This document shows, in pieces, positions 5,572-13,936 of a DNA stretch of 32,000 bases. Each line of letters begins with the position of its first letter. Within the stretch, counting starts at the first letter, position 1. This DNA is from an uncultured Candidatus Saccharimonas sp. GTDB taxonomy: Bacteria > Patescibacteriota > Saccharimonadia > Saccharimonadales > Saccharimonadaceae. Location of the stretch: positions 60,001-92,000 of the forward strand of contig CAURWT010000002.1 in assembly GCA_963528875.1 (NCBI GenBank). Reading direction: 5' to 3'. The notes beneath the pieces were generated by a model. That model was given only the letters and a program-made list of their open reading frames with translations. It ran no database searches and had not been told where the DNA came from. Position numbers and translations under genes: made by a program.

Positions 5572-6999
5572 ATGAAAAACTTAAAAATTAGCGATTTTTG
5601 GATTTATAAATTTCGTTACCAAATTGGAGTTGGGATTTTATCGCTCAGCTATCTTGCAATAATTATTTATACTTTATTTTTTGCACCAAATGGATTAACT
5701 GCTGGTGAAATTGAGAGCGCCAAAAGTTCAGTGAACTTAAACTTTTCAAATATTTTTTCGAAGAATATTCTAGATTTTCCATTTAGATTTTTGCAAAAAA
5801 CTAGCATTGATATTTTTGGTTTAAGCAATTTTGCAATTAAATTGCCGTCAGTTTTAATTTCTCTATGTTCGATATTTTTTATAACGAAAATCTCAGGAAT
5901 GTGGTTTTCGAAACGCGCTTCTATTTTAGCTTCTATTATTGCAATCACATCAAGCCAGTTTTTCTTTATTGCTCAAAACGGAACAAGTGAAATTCTTTAT
6001 ATTTTTTACCCAATTTTGCTAATTTGGAGCGGAATGGAATTTCTAAAAGAACCGAAAAAACGCCAAATTTTCACTTTAATTTCAATTTTAGGGCTTAGTT
6101 TTTACACACCGCTCAGTTCTTACATTGCACTAGCATTTTTAATTACAATTTTAGCTCATCCACATTTGCGGTTTATTATTAAAAAATTACCAAATTACCA
6201 AAAAATCACGGCGCTAATATTATTTTTAATAATAACTTCACCACTTTTAGTTTCGATCTTTTTCGATTTTTCAATCTTGAAGATAATTTTTGGAATTCCA
6301 AACTCTTTAAAACTTTTCGAAAATCTCAAAAGCTTGGTTTTAGCACTTTTTGGTTTTTCAAATCCAATCAGTAACGGAATGATTTCGCCAATAATCAACC
6401 CAGCAACTTCAATTTTAATCACAATCGGGCTATATTTTACATTTATCGCAAAACATTCCGCAAAAAGTTATTTAATCAATATCTGGACAACAATTCTAAT
6501 TTTAGTTTGTATCATCAACCCCACAACAATCACAATTCTTTTTACGCCAATTTTAATTTTAACGATTACAGGCCTCCAAGGTTTGATTAACACTTGGTAT
6601 GCACTCTTTCCAAAAAACCCTTATGCTCGAATTTTTGGCTTGATTCCAATTTCGATTTTTGTTTTCAACCTATTAATTACCAATCTTTCAGTTTTTGCTC
6701 TAAGCTATCGATATTCACCACAGCCGCTCGCTGCTTTTAGTCAAGATTTAAATATTTTACTTGAAAAAACAGATTCAAACCGTGTTTTGATGGTTTCGAA
6801 AAATGAAGAAGATTTTTATAAAGCACTTGAGCGTCAAGGAAGGGCAAAAGTAAAAAATAAATTCGAAGATTCTGAAGTAATTCTTTCGAAAGAAGCCTAC
6901 CAAAACGCAAAAATTCCGGCAAATTATAGCATAAAAAGAATTTTAGTTTCAAACCGTAAATATAATGCTGATAGATTTTATATTTTGCGGCGAGGTTGA
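5572..6999 (+). CDS. polytopic membrane protein, GT-C fold / GT39 (ArnT/PMT)-like glycosyltransferase
   Basis: 475 aa with more than 10 hydrophobic segments. The N-terminal third resembles ArnT/PMT_2-type proteins (FGLSNFAIKLPSVLISL...), and the C-terminal ~90 aa are soluble. Family call is from pattern only. Confidence 0.6.
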   Translation: MKNLKISDFWIYKFRYQIGVGILSLSYLAIIIYTLFFAPNGLTAGEIESAKSSVNLNFSNIFSKNILDFPFRFLQKTSIDIFGLSNFAIKLPSVLISLCSIFFITKISGMWFSKRASILASIIAITSSQFFFIAQNGTSEILYIFYPILLIWSGMEFLKEPKKRQIFTLISILGLSFYTPLSSYIALAFLITILAHPHLRFIIKKLPNYQKITALILFLIITSPLLVSIFFDFSILKIIFGIPNSLKLFENLKSLVLALFGFSNPISNGMISPIINPATSILITIGLYFTFIAKHSAKSYLINIWTTILILVCIINPTTITILFTPILILTITGLQGLINTWYALFPKNPYARIFGLIPISIFVFNLLITNLSVFALSYRYSPQPLAAFSQDLNILLEKTDSNRVLMVSKNEEDFYKALERQGRAKVKNKFEDSEVILSKEAYQNAKIPANYSIKRILVSNRKYNADRFYILRRG

Positions 7000-7015
7000 T
7001 TTTCAAGTATTTTTT

Positions 7016-7024
7016 TGATAAAAT
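7016..7024 (+). promoter_or_regulatory. extended -10 (TGaTAAAAT) for ybaB-recR-nrnA; leadered, with SD GGAGGA
   Basis: TG at 7016-7017 and TAAAAT at 7019-7024. GGAGGA lies ~6 nt before ATG 7057. Confidence 0.5.
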
Positions 7025-7056
7025 TAGACGAGTAAATTATTTTAAATGGAGGAATT

Positions 7057-7353
7057 ATGGCAGGAATTAAAGACCAAATGAAAATGGTGCGCGAACTACA
7101 GAAAGCGCAAAAAGAACTTAAAAAAGAAATTATTGAAGTTGAAGCTGGCGAGGGCGCAGTTATAATTCAGTTCACTGGTGAGTTAAAAGTAAAAAGTGTA
7201 AAACTCAACCCAGAATTGATTGATTTTGAAGACACTGAAGAACTTGAACATTGGATTCAAATTGCGATTCGTGATGGTTTGGAAGAAGCTCAAAAAGTTG
7301 CAGCTGAAAAAATGCAACCTTTAATGGGCGGTTTGGGAAACTTGGGACTTTAA
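7057..7353 (+). CDS. ybaB: YbaB/EbfC family nucleoid-associated protein
   Basis: 98 aa. The profile MKMVRELQKAQKELKKE...VEAGEGAVIIQFTGELKV..V.L.PEL is typical of the family, and it sits in the classic position upstream of recR. Confidence 0.9.
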   Translation: MAGIKDQMKMVRELQKAQKELKKEIIEVEAGEGAVIIQFTGELKVKSVKLNPELIDFEDTEELEHWIQIAIRDGLEEAQKVAAEKMQPLMGGLGNLGL

Positions 7354-7371
7354 TTTTTTCGAAAGAGAAAA

Positions 7372-7989
7372 ATGTCACAAATTCTACCTCAAGCATTAAC
7401 CGAAACTATTGAAAATCTCGGTAAGCTCCCTGGCGTCGGCTCACGAACAGCCGAACGCTATGCTTACTATTTACTAAAAAATAATGCTACTATAAGTGAA
7501 AAAATTGCCGATAGTCTTTTAAATTTGCATAAAAATGTTAAAAGCTGCCCTATAACTTTTGCATTGATTTCAAAAGATGAGGAAATTTCACCGCTTTATA
7601 CTGATGAAACTCGCAATAAAAAACTAATTGCGGTCGTTGAGGAGCCACTAGATATTATCGCCCTTGAAAAAACAAAGCATTTTAACGGAACCTACCATGT
7701 TTTAGGCGGTGTTATTTCGCCAATTAACGGAATAACACCCGATCAATTACATATTCGTGAGCTTACTGAAAGAATTTTGAAAGATGAAGTTCAAGAGATA
7801 ATTATTGCAACAAACGCTAGCGTTGAAGGCGAAAGCACAGCACTTTATATTCAGAATTATTTACGCGAAAAAGGCTTCGAAAACTTAGTAATTTCACGAC
7901 TTGCGCGCGGTCTACCAGTAGGCGTTGATCTGGAATATGCCGACCAGATCACTTTAAGTCATGCTTTAGAAGGACGAAAGGCAATTTAA
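7372..7989 (+). CDS. recR: recombination protein RecR
   Basis: Contains LGKLPGVGSRTAERYAYYLL (HhH), a Toprim-like segment (IIATNASVEGESTALYI) and the C-terminal LARGLPVGVDLEYAD. Confidence 0.95.
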   Translation: MSQILPQALTETIENLGKLPGVGSRTAERYAYYLLKNNATISEKIADSLLNLHKNVKSCPITFALISKDEEISPLYTDETRNKKLIAVVEEPLDIIALEKTKHFNGTYHVLGGVISPINGITPDQLHIRELTERILKDEVQEIIIATNASVEGESTALYIQNYLREKGFENLVISRLARGLPVGVDLEYADQITLSHALEGRKAI

Positions 7990-8966
7990 TGAATTTCGAA
8001 AATGCAAAAAAAATAGTTGAAAATGCAGAAAAAATTTGCGTTATTCAGGCTGAAAACCCCGATGGCGACAGTTTAGGGTCAGCTTTAGGATTAGAAGAAA
8101 TTTTAAGCGAGTTAGGCAAAGAAGTTAAACTTTTCTGTCCAGTTGACATCCCTAAATATTTGCGATATTTTAAGGGCTGGGATAGAGTGGAAAGTTCAAT
8201 TTATGAAAAATTTGACCTTTTTATTATTGTTGATACAACTAGCAGCATTCTACTATCAAAAATAATTGAGGACCCGATTTATAAAAACTTACTTGAAAAA
8301 ACGCCAGTTTTAGTTATTGACCACCATACCGATGCAACACCAGATTTGTTTTTTAAACACGAATTAATTTTAGAAGAGGCTAGTTCGGCAGGTGAATTAA
8401 TTTTCGAAATTGCAAAAGCAAATCGCTGGAAAATTAATGAAAACGCTGCACAAAATTTACTTGGGGCGATTTTTAGCGACACACTTGGGCTTTCAACGAG
8501 CAATACTTCAGCCAGAACTTTTGAAGTTGCTAGCGAATTAACAAAACTTGGCGCAAATTCAGCCAAACTTGAAGAGGATCGCCGTGAACTTTCGAAAAAA
8601 GCACCTGAAATTTTAAAATATAAGGGAGAACTAATTCAGCGAATTGAATATTTTTTAGATGGAAAATTAGCAGTTGTACATATTCCATGGAGCGAGATTA
8701 AAGAATACTCTGATAAGTATAACCCAAGTGTTTTAGTGATTGATGAAATGCGAATGGTTGAAGGTGTAGAAGCTTGCGTGGCTATAAAAACCTACCCAGA
8801 TGGTAAATTGACAGGGAAAGTTCGCACGAACTCACCAGTCGCGGCTGATATCGCTGGTTATTTTGGTGGCGGCGGCCACGCTTATGCTGCAGGCTTTCGA
8901 ATTTATGAGAATTATGATGAAACTTTGCAAGAATTAATTAGTTGCTGTTGGAAAATTCTGGGCTAA
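7989..8966 (+). CDS. nrnA: DHH/DHHA1 phosphoesterase, NrnA-like (oligoribonuclease / pAp phosphatase family)
   Basis: Contains NPDGDSLGS, VIDHH and GGGGHAYAAG motifs. The start overlaps the recR stop (TAATG). Confidence 0.8.
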   Translation: MNFENAKKIVENAEKICVIQAENPDGDSLGSALGLEEILSELGKEVKLFCPVDIPKYLRYFKGWDRVESSIYEKFDLFIIVDTTSSILLSKIIEDPIYKNLLEKTPVLVIDHHTDATPDLFFKHELILEEASSAGELIFEIAKANRWKINENAAQNLLGAIFSDTLGLSTSNTSARTFEVASELTKLGANSAKLEEDRRELSKKAPEILKYKGELIQRIEYFLDGKLAVVHIPWSEIKEYSDKYNPSVLVIDEMRMVEGVEACVAIKTYPDGKLTGKVRTNSPVAADIAGYFGGGGHAYAAGFRIYENYDETLQELISCCWKILG

Positions 8967-9069
8967 AAAATATATAAAGCTTAACTAAGATTATCGATAA
9001 ATAATTTTTTAATCTATTGATTAAGCTTTTTATTTCAGTTAAGTTCATAAAAAATTTTGACTAGATGAG

Positions 9070-9362
9070 ATGGCAAAAAATATCAAGAGGCTAAAGCTCT
9101 AACTGGAAGAATTGGCGGATAGAGTGCTATACCATATAGTGATCTATAGTCAACCGATCGTAGAACAATTGATATTTAACAGATACTAGTAAGTCAACTC
9201 AAGAAAAAACCACCGTATGAATATTTTAGTAATGATATTAAACGTGTTGATATTTTGCGATTCTATGACACCAGTTATAGGTTAATAGTGGTATATTCCG
9301 AATCTGATAGCATGTTTTATGTTGCCTTTATTGACTATAGATTAGAAATCTACAAGTACTAG
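9070..9362 (+). pseudogene. decayed RelE/ParE-family toxin gene (in-frame TAA plus a frameshift)
   Basis: Frame 1 reads MAKNIKRLKL*LEELADRVLYHIVIYSQPIVEQLIFNRY*. Frame 3 from 9180 reads QILVSQLKKKPPYEYFSNDIKRVDILRFYDTSYRLIVVYSESDSMFYVAFIDYRLEIYKY*. The C-terminal YRLIVVY...V.FIDYR..IY pattern resembles the RelE/ParE core. No intact ORF and no adjacent antitoxin. Confidence 0.3.
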
Positions 9363-9375
9363 TTAATCTTAACCA

Positions 9376-9406
9376 TTCAAAATAGCACCCGAAGGTGTTA
9401 TTTGAA
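9376..9406. terminator. bidirectional hairpin terminator between the toxin remnant and the mazG-like gene
   Basis: TTCAAAATAGCACC-cgaa-GGTGTTATTTGAA. Confidence 0.55.
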
Positions 9407-9430
9407 TATTATAGTTAGTTTGAATATTTA

Positions 9431-9784
9431 TTATCGATTATCTCCGCTACCATGAATCTTATCTCGCCGTTGTCGACTAGCTAATTTTTCAAGATTAGTT
9501 TTTGCGATATCTTCAAGCCTGATATCGTTATAAAAGGCTAGGGCAGAAAGATACCACAAGACATCACCAAGTTCTTTTTCAAGCCTCTTACGGTCTTCTT
9601 GTGTAGTTTCGAAAACTCCGCCTTTGTCTCGAATCATTTTCTTGATTATTTCTAAAACTTCACCAGTTTCACCGGCCAACCCAAGAGCTTTTTCCATATA
9701 GCCATTGTAGCGAGCAGATTTGGTAGTAGCGCCATGTGCAACATCTGTTTGGACAGCTTGATTTTGGTATTCATTAAAATTCAT
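9431..9784 (-). CDS. MazG-like nucleotide pyrophosphohydrolase domain protein
   Basis: 117 aa. LGLAGETGEVLEIIKK...EKELGDVLWYL is the EXXE...E..D MazG-type helical signature. SD AAGGAGGG; extended -10 TGTTATTAT at 9829-9821. Confidence 0.8.
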   Translation of the reverse strand: MNFNEYQNQAVQTDVAHGATTKSARYNGYMEKALGLAGETGEVLEIIKKMIRDKGGVFETTQEDRKRLEKELGDVLWYLSALAFYNDIRLEDIAKTNLEKLASRQRRDKIHGSGDNR

Positions 9785-9950
9785 TATCCCTCCTTATTTT
9801 ATCTCAAATTCTTTACCTTTATAATAACATTTACCGTCGATAAAATCTATATCGTTCTTTATATTATTATTTTTAAAATTCCATTTTCTGCTTTATACGC
9901 ATCCATTATTCCTTCTTTAAATCGCAGAGTAATCACCTCAGTTGGAGCAA

Positions 9951-10022
9951 CAAAAATATCCCTGCAGAATCGTACTACTGCAGGGATATAAAAAAAGACT
10001 GCTTCATTTGCACAAAGCAGTC
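9951..10022 (-). terminator. two tandem intrinsic terminators downstream of tRNA-Glu
   Basis: On the minus strand, GACTGCTT/AAGCAGTC (10022-9997) plus a T run, then ATCCCTGCAG/CTGCAGGGAT (9987-9958) followed by ATTTTTG. Confidence 0.6.
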
Positions 10023-10033
10023 AGTTCTCAGAT

Positions 10034-10108
10034 TGGTGACCTCACGGGGAATCGAACCCCGATTGCAAGGATGAGAACCTTGTGTCCTAACCGTTAGACG
10101 ATGAGGCC
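10034..10108 (-). tRNA. tRNA-Glu (anticodon CUC), CCA encoded
   Basis: The reverse complement is GGCCTCATCGTCTAACGGTTAGGACACAAGGTTCTCATCCTTGCAATCGGGGTTCGATTCCCCGTGAGGTCACCA. It has anticodon stem CAAGG/CCTTG, loop TTCTCAT and a Glu-type D arm. Confidence 0.92.
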
Positions 10109-10117
10109 AATGTTATA

Positions 10118-10146
10118 ATTTTACCAAATTCAACCAAAAAAGTCAA
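10118..10146 (-). promoter_or_regulatory. promoter of tRNA-Glu (TTGACT-17-TAAAAT)
   Basis: On the minus strand TTGACT is at 10146-10141 and TAAAAT at 10123-10118, 9 nt before the tRNA 5' end. Confidence 0.6.
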
Positions 10147-10183
10147 TTATAGTTTTTAAAACGAAGCCTATTGTATTTTAGGG

Positions 10184-10609
10184 TTACTTTTCGTTTGCCT
10201 TATTCGAAATAATCTCAATCGCTTCGGTTAATAGATTAATCTCTTTTAAAGAAATATCACCAAAGATTTCTTCACACCATTTAACTAGAATTTGCTGACG
10301 AATGTTCAGTTTTTCTTTACCTAGTTTTGTAATTTCAATTTCACGAATTCGCTTATCTTTCTGTGAGTTTTTCTTTAAAATTATTTTTTTCTCTTCCATT
10401 TTAACTAAAACTCGCGAAATATAGGCCTTATCAACACCAATTTCTTTAGAGATTTCATCTTGCGGAGCAGAAGAATTATAAATTTTGGTTAAAATTGCAG
10501 CCTCAATAGCCGAAATATCGTTTTTCGAAAGCTCGCGTGTTGCATATTTTTGTGCCGAGCGATAAATTGTATTAATTTTTTGCAATAAATCAAGAATCTT
10601 TTCTTCCAT
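10184..10609 (-). CDS. MarR family transcriptional regulator
   Basis: 141 aa winged-HTH pattern (LSKNDISAIEAAILTKIY...QDEISKEIGVDKAYISRVLVKMEEKKIILKK...DKRIREIEITKLGKE). Confidence 0.85.
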   Translation of the reverse strand: MEEKILDLLQKINTIYRSAQKYATRELSKNDISAIEAAILTKIYNSSAPQDEISKEIGVDKAYISRVLVKMEEKKIILKKNSQKDKRIREIEITKLGKEKLNIRQQILVKWCEEIFGDISLKEINLLTEAIEIISNKANEK

Positions 10610-10615
10610 AAAATA

Positions 10616-10660
10616 AGTATACCAAATATTGTTGACTTTTACAACAATATTTTATACAAT
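10616..10660. promoter_or_regulatory. divergent promoter region with a 9-bp-arm palindromic operator
   Basis: On the minus strand TGgTATACT (10624-10616) lies 6 nt from the marR ATG. On the plus strand TTGACT is at 10632-10637 and TACAAT at 10655-10660. The palindrome ATATTGTTG-N7-CAACAATAT (10626-10650) covers the -35. Confidence 0.55.
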
Positions 10661-10702
10661 AGAGTAATCATTGATAAATACAACTATTTTATTAGGAGGA
10701 AG

Positions 10703-12709
10703 ATGAAGAAATATTTTAGAAAAATAAAGCAAAATCGTGTGCTTCTAGCCACTTTATTTATAGTAAGTTTTATTCCTGTTATTTATGCTGGAACTTTTTT
10801 GGCGTCAATCTGGGATCCTTATTCAAAAATCGAAAATCTAAAGATATCAGTAGTAAACAAAGATGAACCTGTCATTTTTAATGGTCAAAATATTGAACTT
10901 GGCAACAAAATTAGTGACAATCTTAAGAAATCAAGAACTTTAAACTGGCAGTTTACGGATTTAAAAACAGCCGAGAAAGATTTGACCGATGGTGACACTT
11001 TCATGATCGTACATATTCCAAAAGATTTTTCGAAAAATTCAGTTAGTTTTTTGGGAGAAAATCCACAAAAAGTAAATATTTCATTTAAGACAAATGTTTC
11101 AAAAAGTAAATCTGGAGAAGTAATTTCAACCAACGCCGCACAAAAACTGAGCGAACAGGTTCGAGCGCAAATTAGTGAAAACTACAGTAAGATTTTACTT
11201 TCTCAACTTTCGAATGTTCAAAACGGTTTTTCAAAAGCAGCGAACGGTTCAGAACAAATCTCAAACGGGATTGGCAGTTTAGGTAATGGTTTAAATTCGG
11301 CAAATTCTGGAACTGAAAAAATAAAAAATGGTGCGGAAAAATTAAATTCAGCAAACCATAAAATGGCCGAAGTGAGCAATAAACTTACTTTTAGTGTAAC
11401 CGAAATTTCAAACAAAACCAATCTTTTAAGCCAAAATAGCGAAAACTTGCAAAAGGGATTACAAGATTTTTCAGCCAAAAGTGAAGAATTTTCGAATGGC
11501 TTAAGCACGCTAAACTCTGCGATAAGCGATAATTCTGATGCGAAAAATCAAAGTGAACACTTATTGGAGCTAAATCAAAAAGTAGCAAAAATGCGCATTT
11601 TAGCTGAACAAACTAACGATCAGAATATTAAAAATCTTGCCGACGAGTTGGCAGTTTCGGTAAAGAATATTACCGCTGATGCCCAAAAAAATGCTAAAAA
11701 ATCGCAAAACTTACAAGCGCAATTTTCGCAAAAAATTGTTCCAGCCGCACAAAGCTTGGCGCAAAATTCACGCAAAATACAAAATTCGCATAATTTGATT
11801 CTAGCGGGCGAAAAACAGCTTTTAACTGGAGCTGCGGCCTTCTCGATAAAAATGAACGAATTCAATGCTAATGAACAAAAAATCCCTGAAAGCACAACTC
11901 AACTTTTGGGCGGAATCAATACTTTAAATTCAGGAATAAGCACACTAAATTCCGGCGCTGCAAAACTACAAGATGGTTCAAATCTATTAACTTCGCAACT
12001 TTCATCTAGTGCAGAAAAACTTTCGAAAATCAATTTCTCAGATGAGTCTGCTAAAAATATCACAACGCCAGTTAAAAGTGAAATTTCAAACAATTCCGGA
12101 GACGCAACATATGGAAAGGCGATGGCGCCATATTTTATCGCGTTAGGTTTGTTTGTTGGAGCGATTTCGTTTAATATTGCGTTCCCAATCCAAAATAAGC
12201 CAAAAAAGAATCGTTCAGCGTTTAAATGGTGGCTTTCAAGAACGGGGATTATGGCTGGCTTTGCCGGAGCTGAAACTTTAGTTCTTACAGTTATTTTTAG
12301 CGGAATATTTAACATTTCGCCTGCAGATATAAATTTTTTCGTTTTGAATTCTTATGTTTCGGCATTTTCATTCCTTTTGATTGTTCATGCATTAATGTTC
12401 GCTTTCGGCAGAGTTGGTCAATTTGCCTCGATCGTTTTCATGATTTTACAGCTTGCAAGTAGTGGAGGAATGTTCCCGATTGTGACAACACCTCAAATTT
12501 TCCAAAACATGGCGCCATTTATGCCACTTTACTATTCACTAACAGCTTTCAGGCAAGCAATATTAGGCGGATTGTCTCAACCAATTTTCGAAAGCTCCAT
12601 CTTTAGTTTAATTATTTTTGGTTTAATTTTTAGTATTATAAGCTTATTGGCATATTATGTTAAAATGAGCTCTAACGAAAACAAGACTCTTTCTAGTAAT
12701 AAAATTTAG
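10703..12709 (+). CDS. YhgE/Pip family membrane protein (phage-infection-protein-like)
   Basis: 668 aa with an N-terminal TM. A long coiled extracellular region carries repeated LNSANSG / LNSGISTLNSGAAKL motifs, and the C-terminal block has several TM helices. SD AGGAGG. Confidence 0.8.
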   Translation: MKKYFRKIKQNRVLLATLFIVSFIPVIYAGTFLASIWDPYSKIENLKISVVNKDEPVIFNGQNIELGNKISDNLKKSRTLNWQFTDLKTAEKDLTDGDTFMIVHIPKDFSKNSVSFLGENPQKVNISFKTNVSKSKSGEVISTNAAQKLSEQVRAQISENYSKILLSQLSNVQNGFSKAANGSEQISNGIGSLGNGLNSANSGTEKIKNGAEKLNSANHKMAEVSNKLTFSVTEISNKTNLLSQNSENLQKGLQDFSAKSEEFSNGLSTLNSAISDNSDAKNQSEHLLELNQKVAKMRILAEQTNDQNIKNLADELAVSVKNITADAQKNAKKSQNLQAQFSQKIVPAAQSLAQNSRKIQNSHNLILAGEKQLLTGAAAFSIKMNEFNANEQKIPESTTQLLGGINTLNSGISTLNSGAAKLQDGSNLLTSQLSSSAEKLSKINFSDESAKNITTPVKSEISNNSGDATYGKAMAPYFIALGLFVGAISFNIAFPIQNKPKKNRSAFKWWLSRTGIMAGFAGAETLVLTVIFSGIFNISPADINFFVLNSYVSAFSFLLIVHALMFAFGRVGQFASIVFMILQLASSGGMFPIVTTPQIFQNMAPFMPLYYSLTAFRQAILGGLSQPIFESSIFSLIIFGLIFSIISLLAYYVKMSSNENKTLSSNKI

Positions 12710-12711
12710 TT

Positions 12712-12740
12712 TTGACTTTTTCTCAAAAAATTGTTATAAT
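12712..12740 (+). promoter_or_regulatory. promoter TTGACT-17-TGtTATAAT for rplA
   Basis: TTGACT at 12712-12717 and TATAAT at 12735-12740, with TG at 12732-12733. Confidence 0.65.
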
Positions 12741-12802
12741 TAAAAGGTTAATAATCAATGTTGGGAGGCGCAAGCCGTTATCACCACAGAAAGGATAAGA
12801 AA

Positions 12803-13852
12803 ATGGCAAAGAAAAAAGCCGACTTGATCGAAGAAGCTAAAGCTCTTGGGCTTGAAGTTTCTGAAAAAATGACAATTACTGAAATCAACGAAGCAATCAA
12901 AGGTGCTAAAGCTGCCGAGATTGCAGAAGAAATTGTTGAAGCAGTTGAAACTGCAGAAGTATTAGAAGAAGTTGTCGAAGAAGTTGTCGAAGAAATTGCT
13001 GAAGAAAAATTCGCAAAAAGCGGAAAACGAAGCAAAAAACACGCTGAGGAAGTTGCTGAAAAAGAAGCAAAAGAAGCTCGAAAAGCTGCTGGCGACACAA
13101 CTCCACTTGATGGTTCTGAAGTAGTTGTTAAAAAAGGCCCGAAACCAATTACACGACCACGCATCGAACGACGAGGCAAAAAATACCAAGAAGCTGCTAA
13201 AAAAGTTGAAAAAGATACTATTTACAACCTAGGCGAAGCTCTTAAACTTGCAACAGAAACCAACCCAGCTACATTTGACGCTTCGGTTGAAATTCATGCT
13301 CGACTTGGTGTTGACCCACGACAAGCTGACCAAAATATTCGTTCAACAGTTATTCTACCAAACGGAACAGGTAAAGATGTGAAAGTTGCTGTTTTTGCTC
13401 CAGAAAATGAGCACAAAACTGCAAAAGATGCTGGCGCAAACATTGTTGGTGATGAAGAATTTCTAAAACAACTAGATAAAGAAGAATTGAATTTCGACGT
13501 TCTTATTGCAACTCCAGCATATATGCCAAAACTTGGTAAATATGCACGACTTCTTGGCCCACGCGGATTAATGCCAAATCCAAAAGCTGGAACAGTTGCC
13601 GCTGATGTTGCTAAAGCCGTTTCTGAAGCTAAAGCTGGTAAAGTTGAATACCGCGTAGACAAGCAAGCAATTGTTCATCTTTCAATTGGTAAAGTTTCAT
13701 TCGGAGCAGAAAAACTTGAAGAAAATGCAAAATCATTCTTTGATAGTCTTGCTTTACAAAAACCATCTTCAATTAAAGGTGCTTACGTGAAAAGCGTTTC
13801 AATCGCAACTTCACAAGGCCCAAGCATTAAAACCGAAAATCCAATTGCTTAA
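12803..13852 (+). CDS. rplA: 50S ribosomal protein L1 with a ~135-aa N-terminal extension (HeH/Rho_N-like motif, acidic repeat, basic linker)
   Basis: The C-terminal ~215 aa are canonical L1 (GKKYQEAAKKV...IHARLGVDPRQADQNIRSTVILPNGTGK...LLGPRGLMPNPKAGTV). ATG 12803 (MAKKK) with AAGGA upstream is preferred over the track start at 12758. Confidence 0.9.
   Translation: MAKKKADLIEEAKALGLEVSEKMTITEINEAIKGAKAAEIAEEIVEAVETAEVLEEVVEEVVEEIAEEKFAKSGKRSKKHAEEVAEKEAKEARKAAGDTTPLDGSEVVVKKGPKPITRPRIERRGKKYQEAAKKVEKDTIYNLGEALKLATETNPATFDASVEIHARLGVDPRQADQNIRSTVILPNGTGKDVKVAVFAPENEHKTAKDAGANIVGDEEFLKQLDKEELNFDVLIATPAYMPKLGKYARLLGPRGLMPNPKAGTVAADVAKAVSEAKAGKVEYRVDKQAIVHLSIGKVSFGAEKLEENAKSFFDSLALQKPSSIKGAYVKSVSIATSQGPSIKTENPIA
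12965..13000 (+). repeat. 12-nt tandem repeat GAAGAAGTTGTC x2 plus a degenerate third unit, inside the rplA extension
   Basis: 12965-12976 equals 12977-12988; 12989-13000 is GAAGAAATTGCT. It encodes EEVVEEVVEEIA. Confidence 0.8.
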
Positions 13853-13871
13853 TTTTAAGCCTTTCGAAAAG

Positions 13872-13900
13872 CTCGCCAAGTTCGGCGGGTTTTTCTTTTT
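13872..13900 (+). terminator. intrinsic terminator after rplA
   Basis: CTCGCC / GGCGGG stem plus T runs, flanked by TTTCGAAA copies at 13862-13869 and 13903-13910. Confidence 0.6.
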
Positions 13901-13918
13901 GATTTCGAAAGCTAAATC

Positions 13919-13927
13919 TGATATAAT
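13919..13927 (+). promoter_or_regulatory. extended -10 (TGaTATAAT) 9 nt before the cysS ATG; leaderless-type
   Basis: TG at 13919-13920 and TATAAT at 13922-13927, with ATG at 13937 and no SD. Confidence 0.55.
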
Positions 13928-13936
13928 AGTTTCAAT

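Noticed and set aside
9785-9950. Minus-strand coding remnants upstream of mazG-like (MDAYKAENGILKIII and ...IKNDIDFIDGKCYYKGKEFEIK in another frame)
   Set aside because: The pieces are very short and out of frame with each other. One runs through a terminator hairpin, and the region is better explained by the mazG-like promoter (TGTTATTAT, 9829-9821) and leader. A decayed gene cannot be excluded.
10885-12315. Series of minus-strand ORFs inside the YhgE/Pip gene
   Set aside because: They lie antisense to a long ORF with a clear family signature, and the repetitive AT-rich coding sequence keeps reverse frames open.
12758-12802. Track start codons 12758 (rplA), 21200 (GT4) and 25061 (VirD4-like ATPase, TTG)
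   Set aside because: Each upstream extension overlaps a promoter or terminator. Internal ATGs at 12803, 21164 and 25145 sit at the usual distance from an SD or an extended -10 box and give typical family N-termini.
12781-13189. Three antisense ORFs (12781-13179, 12906-13106, 12962-13189) inside rplA
   Set aside because: They are a by-product of the GAA/GTT-rich acidic repeat of the L1 extension. Their translations are low-complexity, and the sense strand encodes L1.
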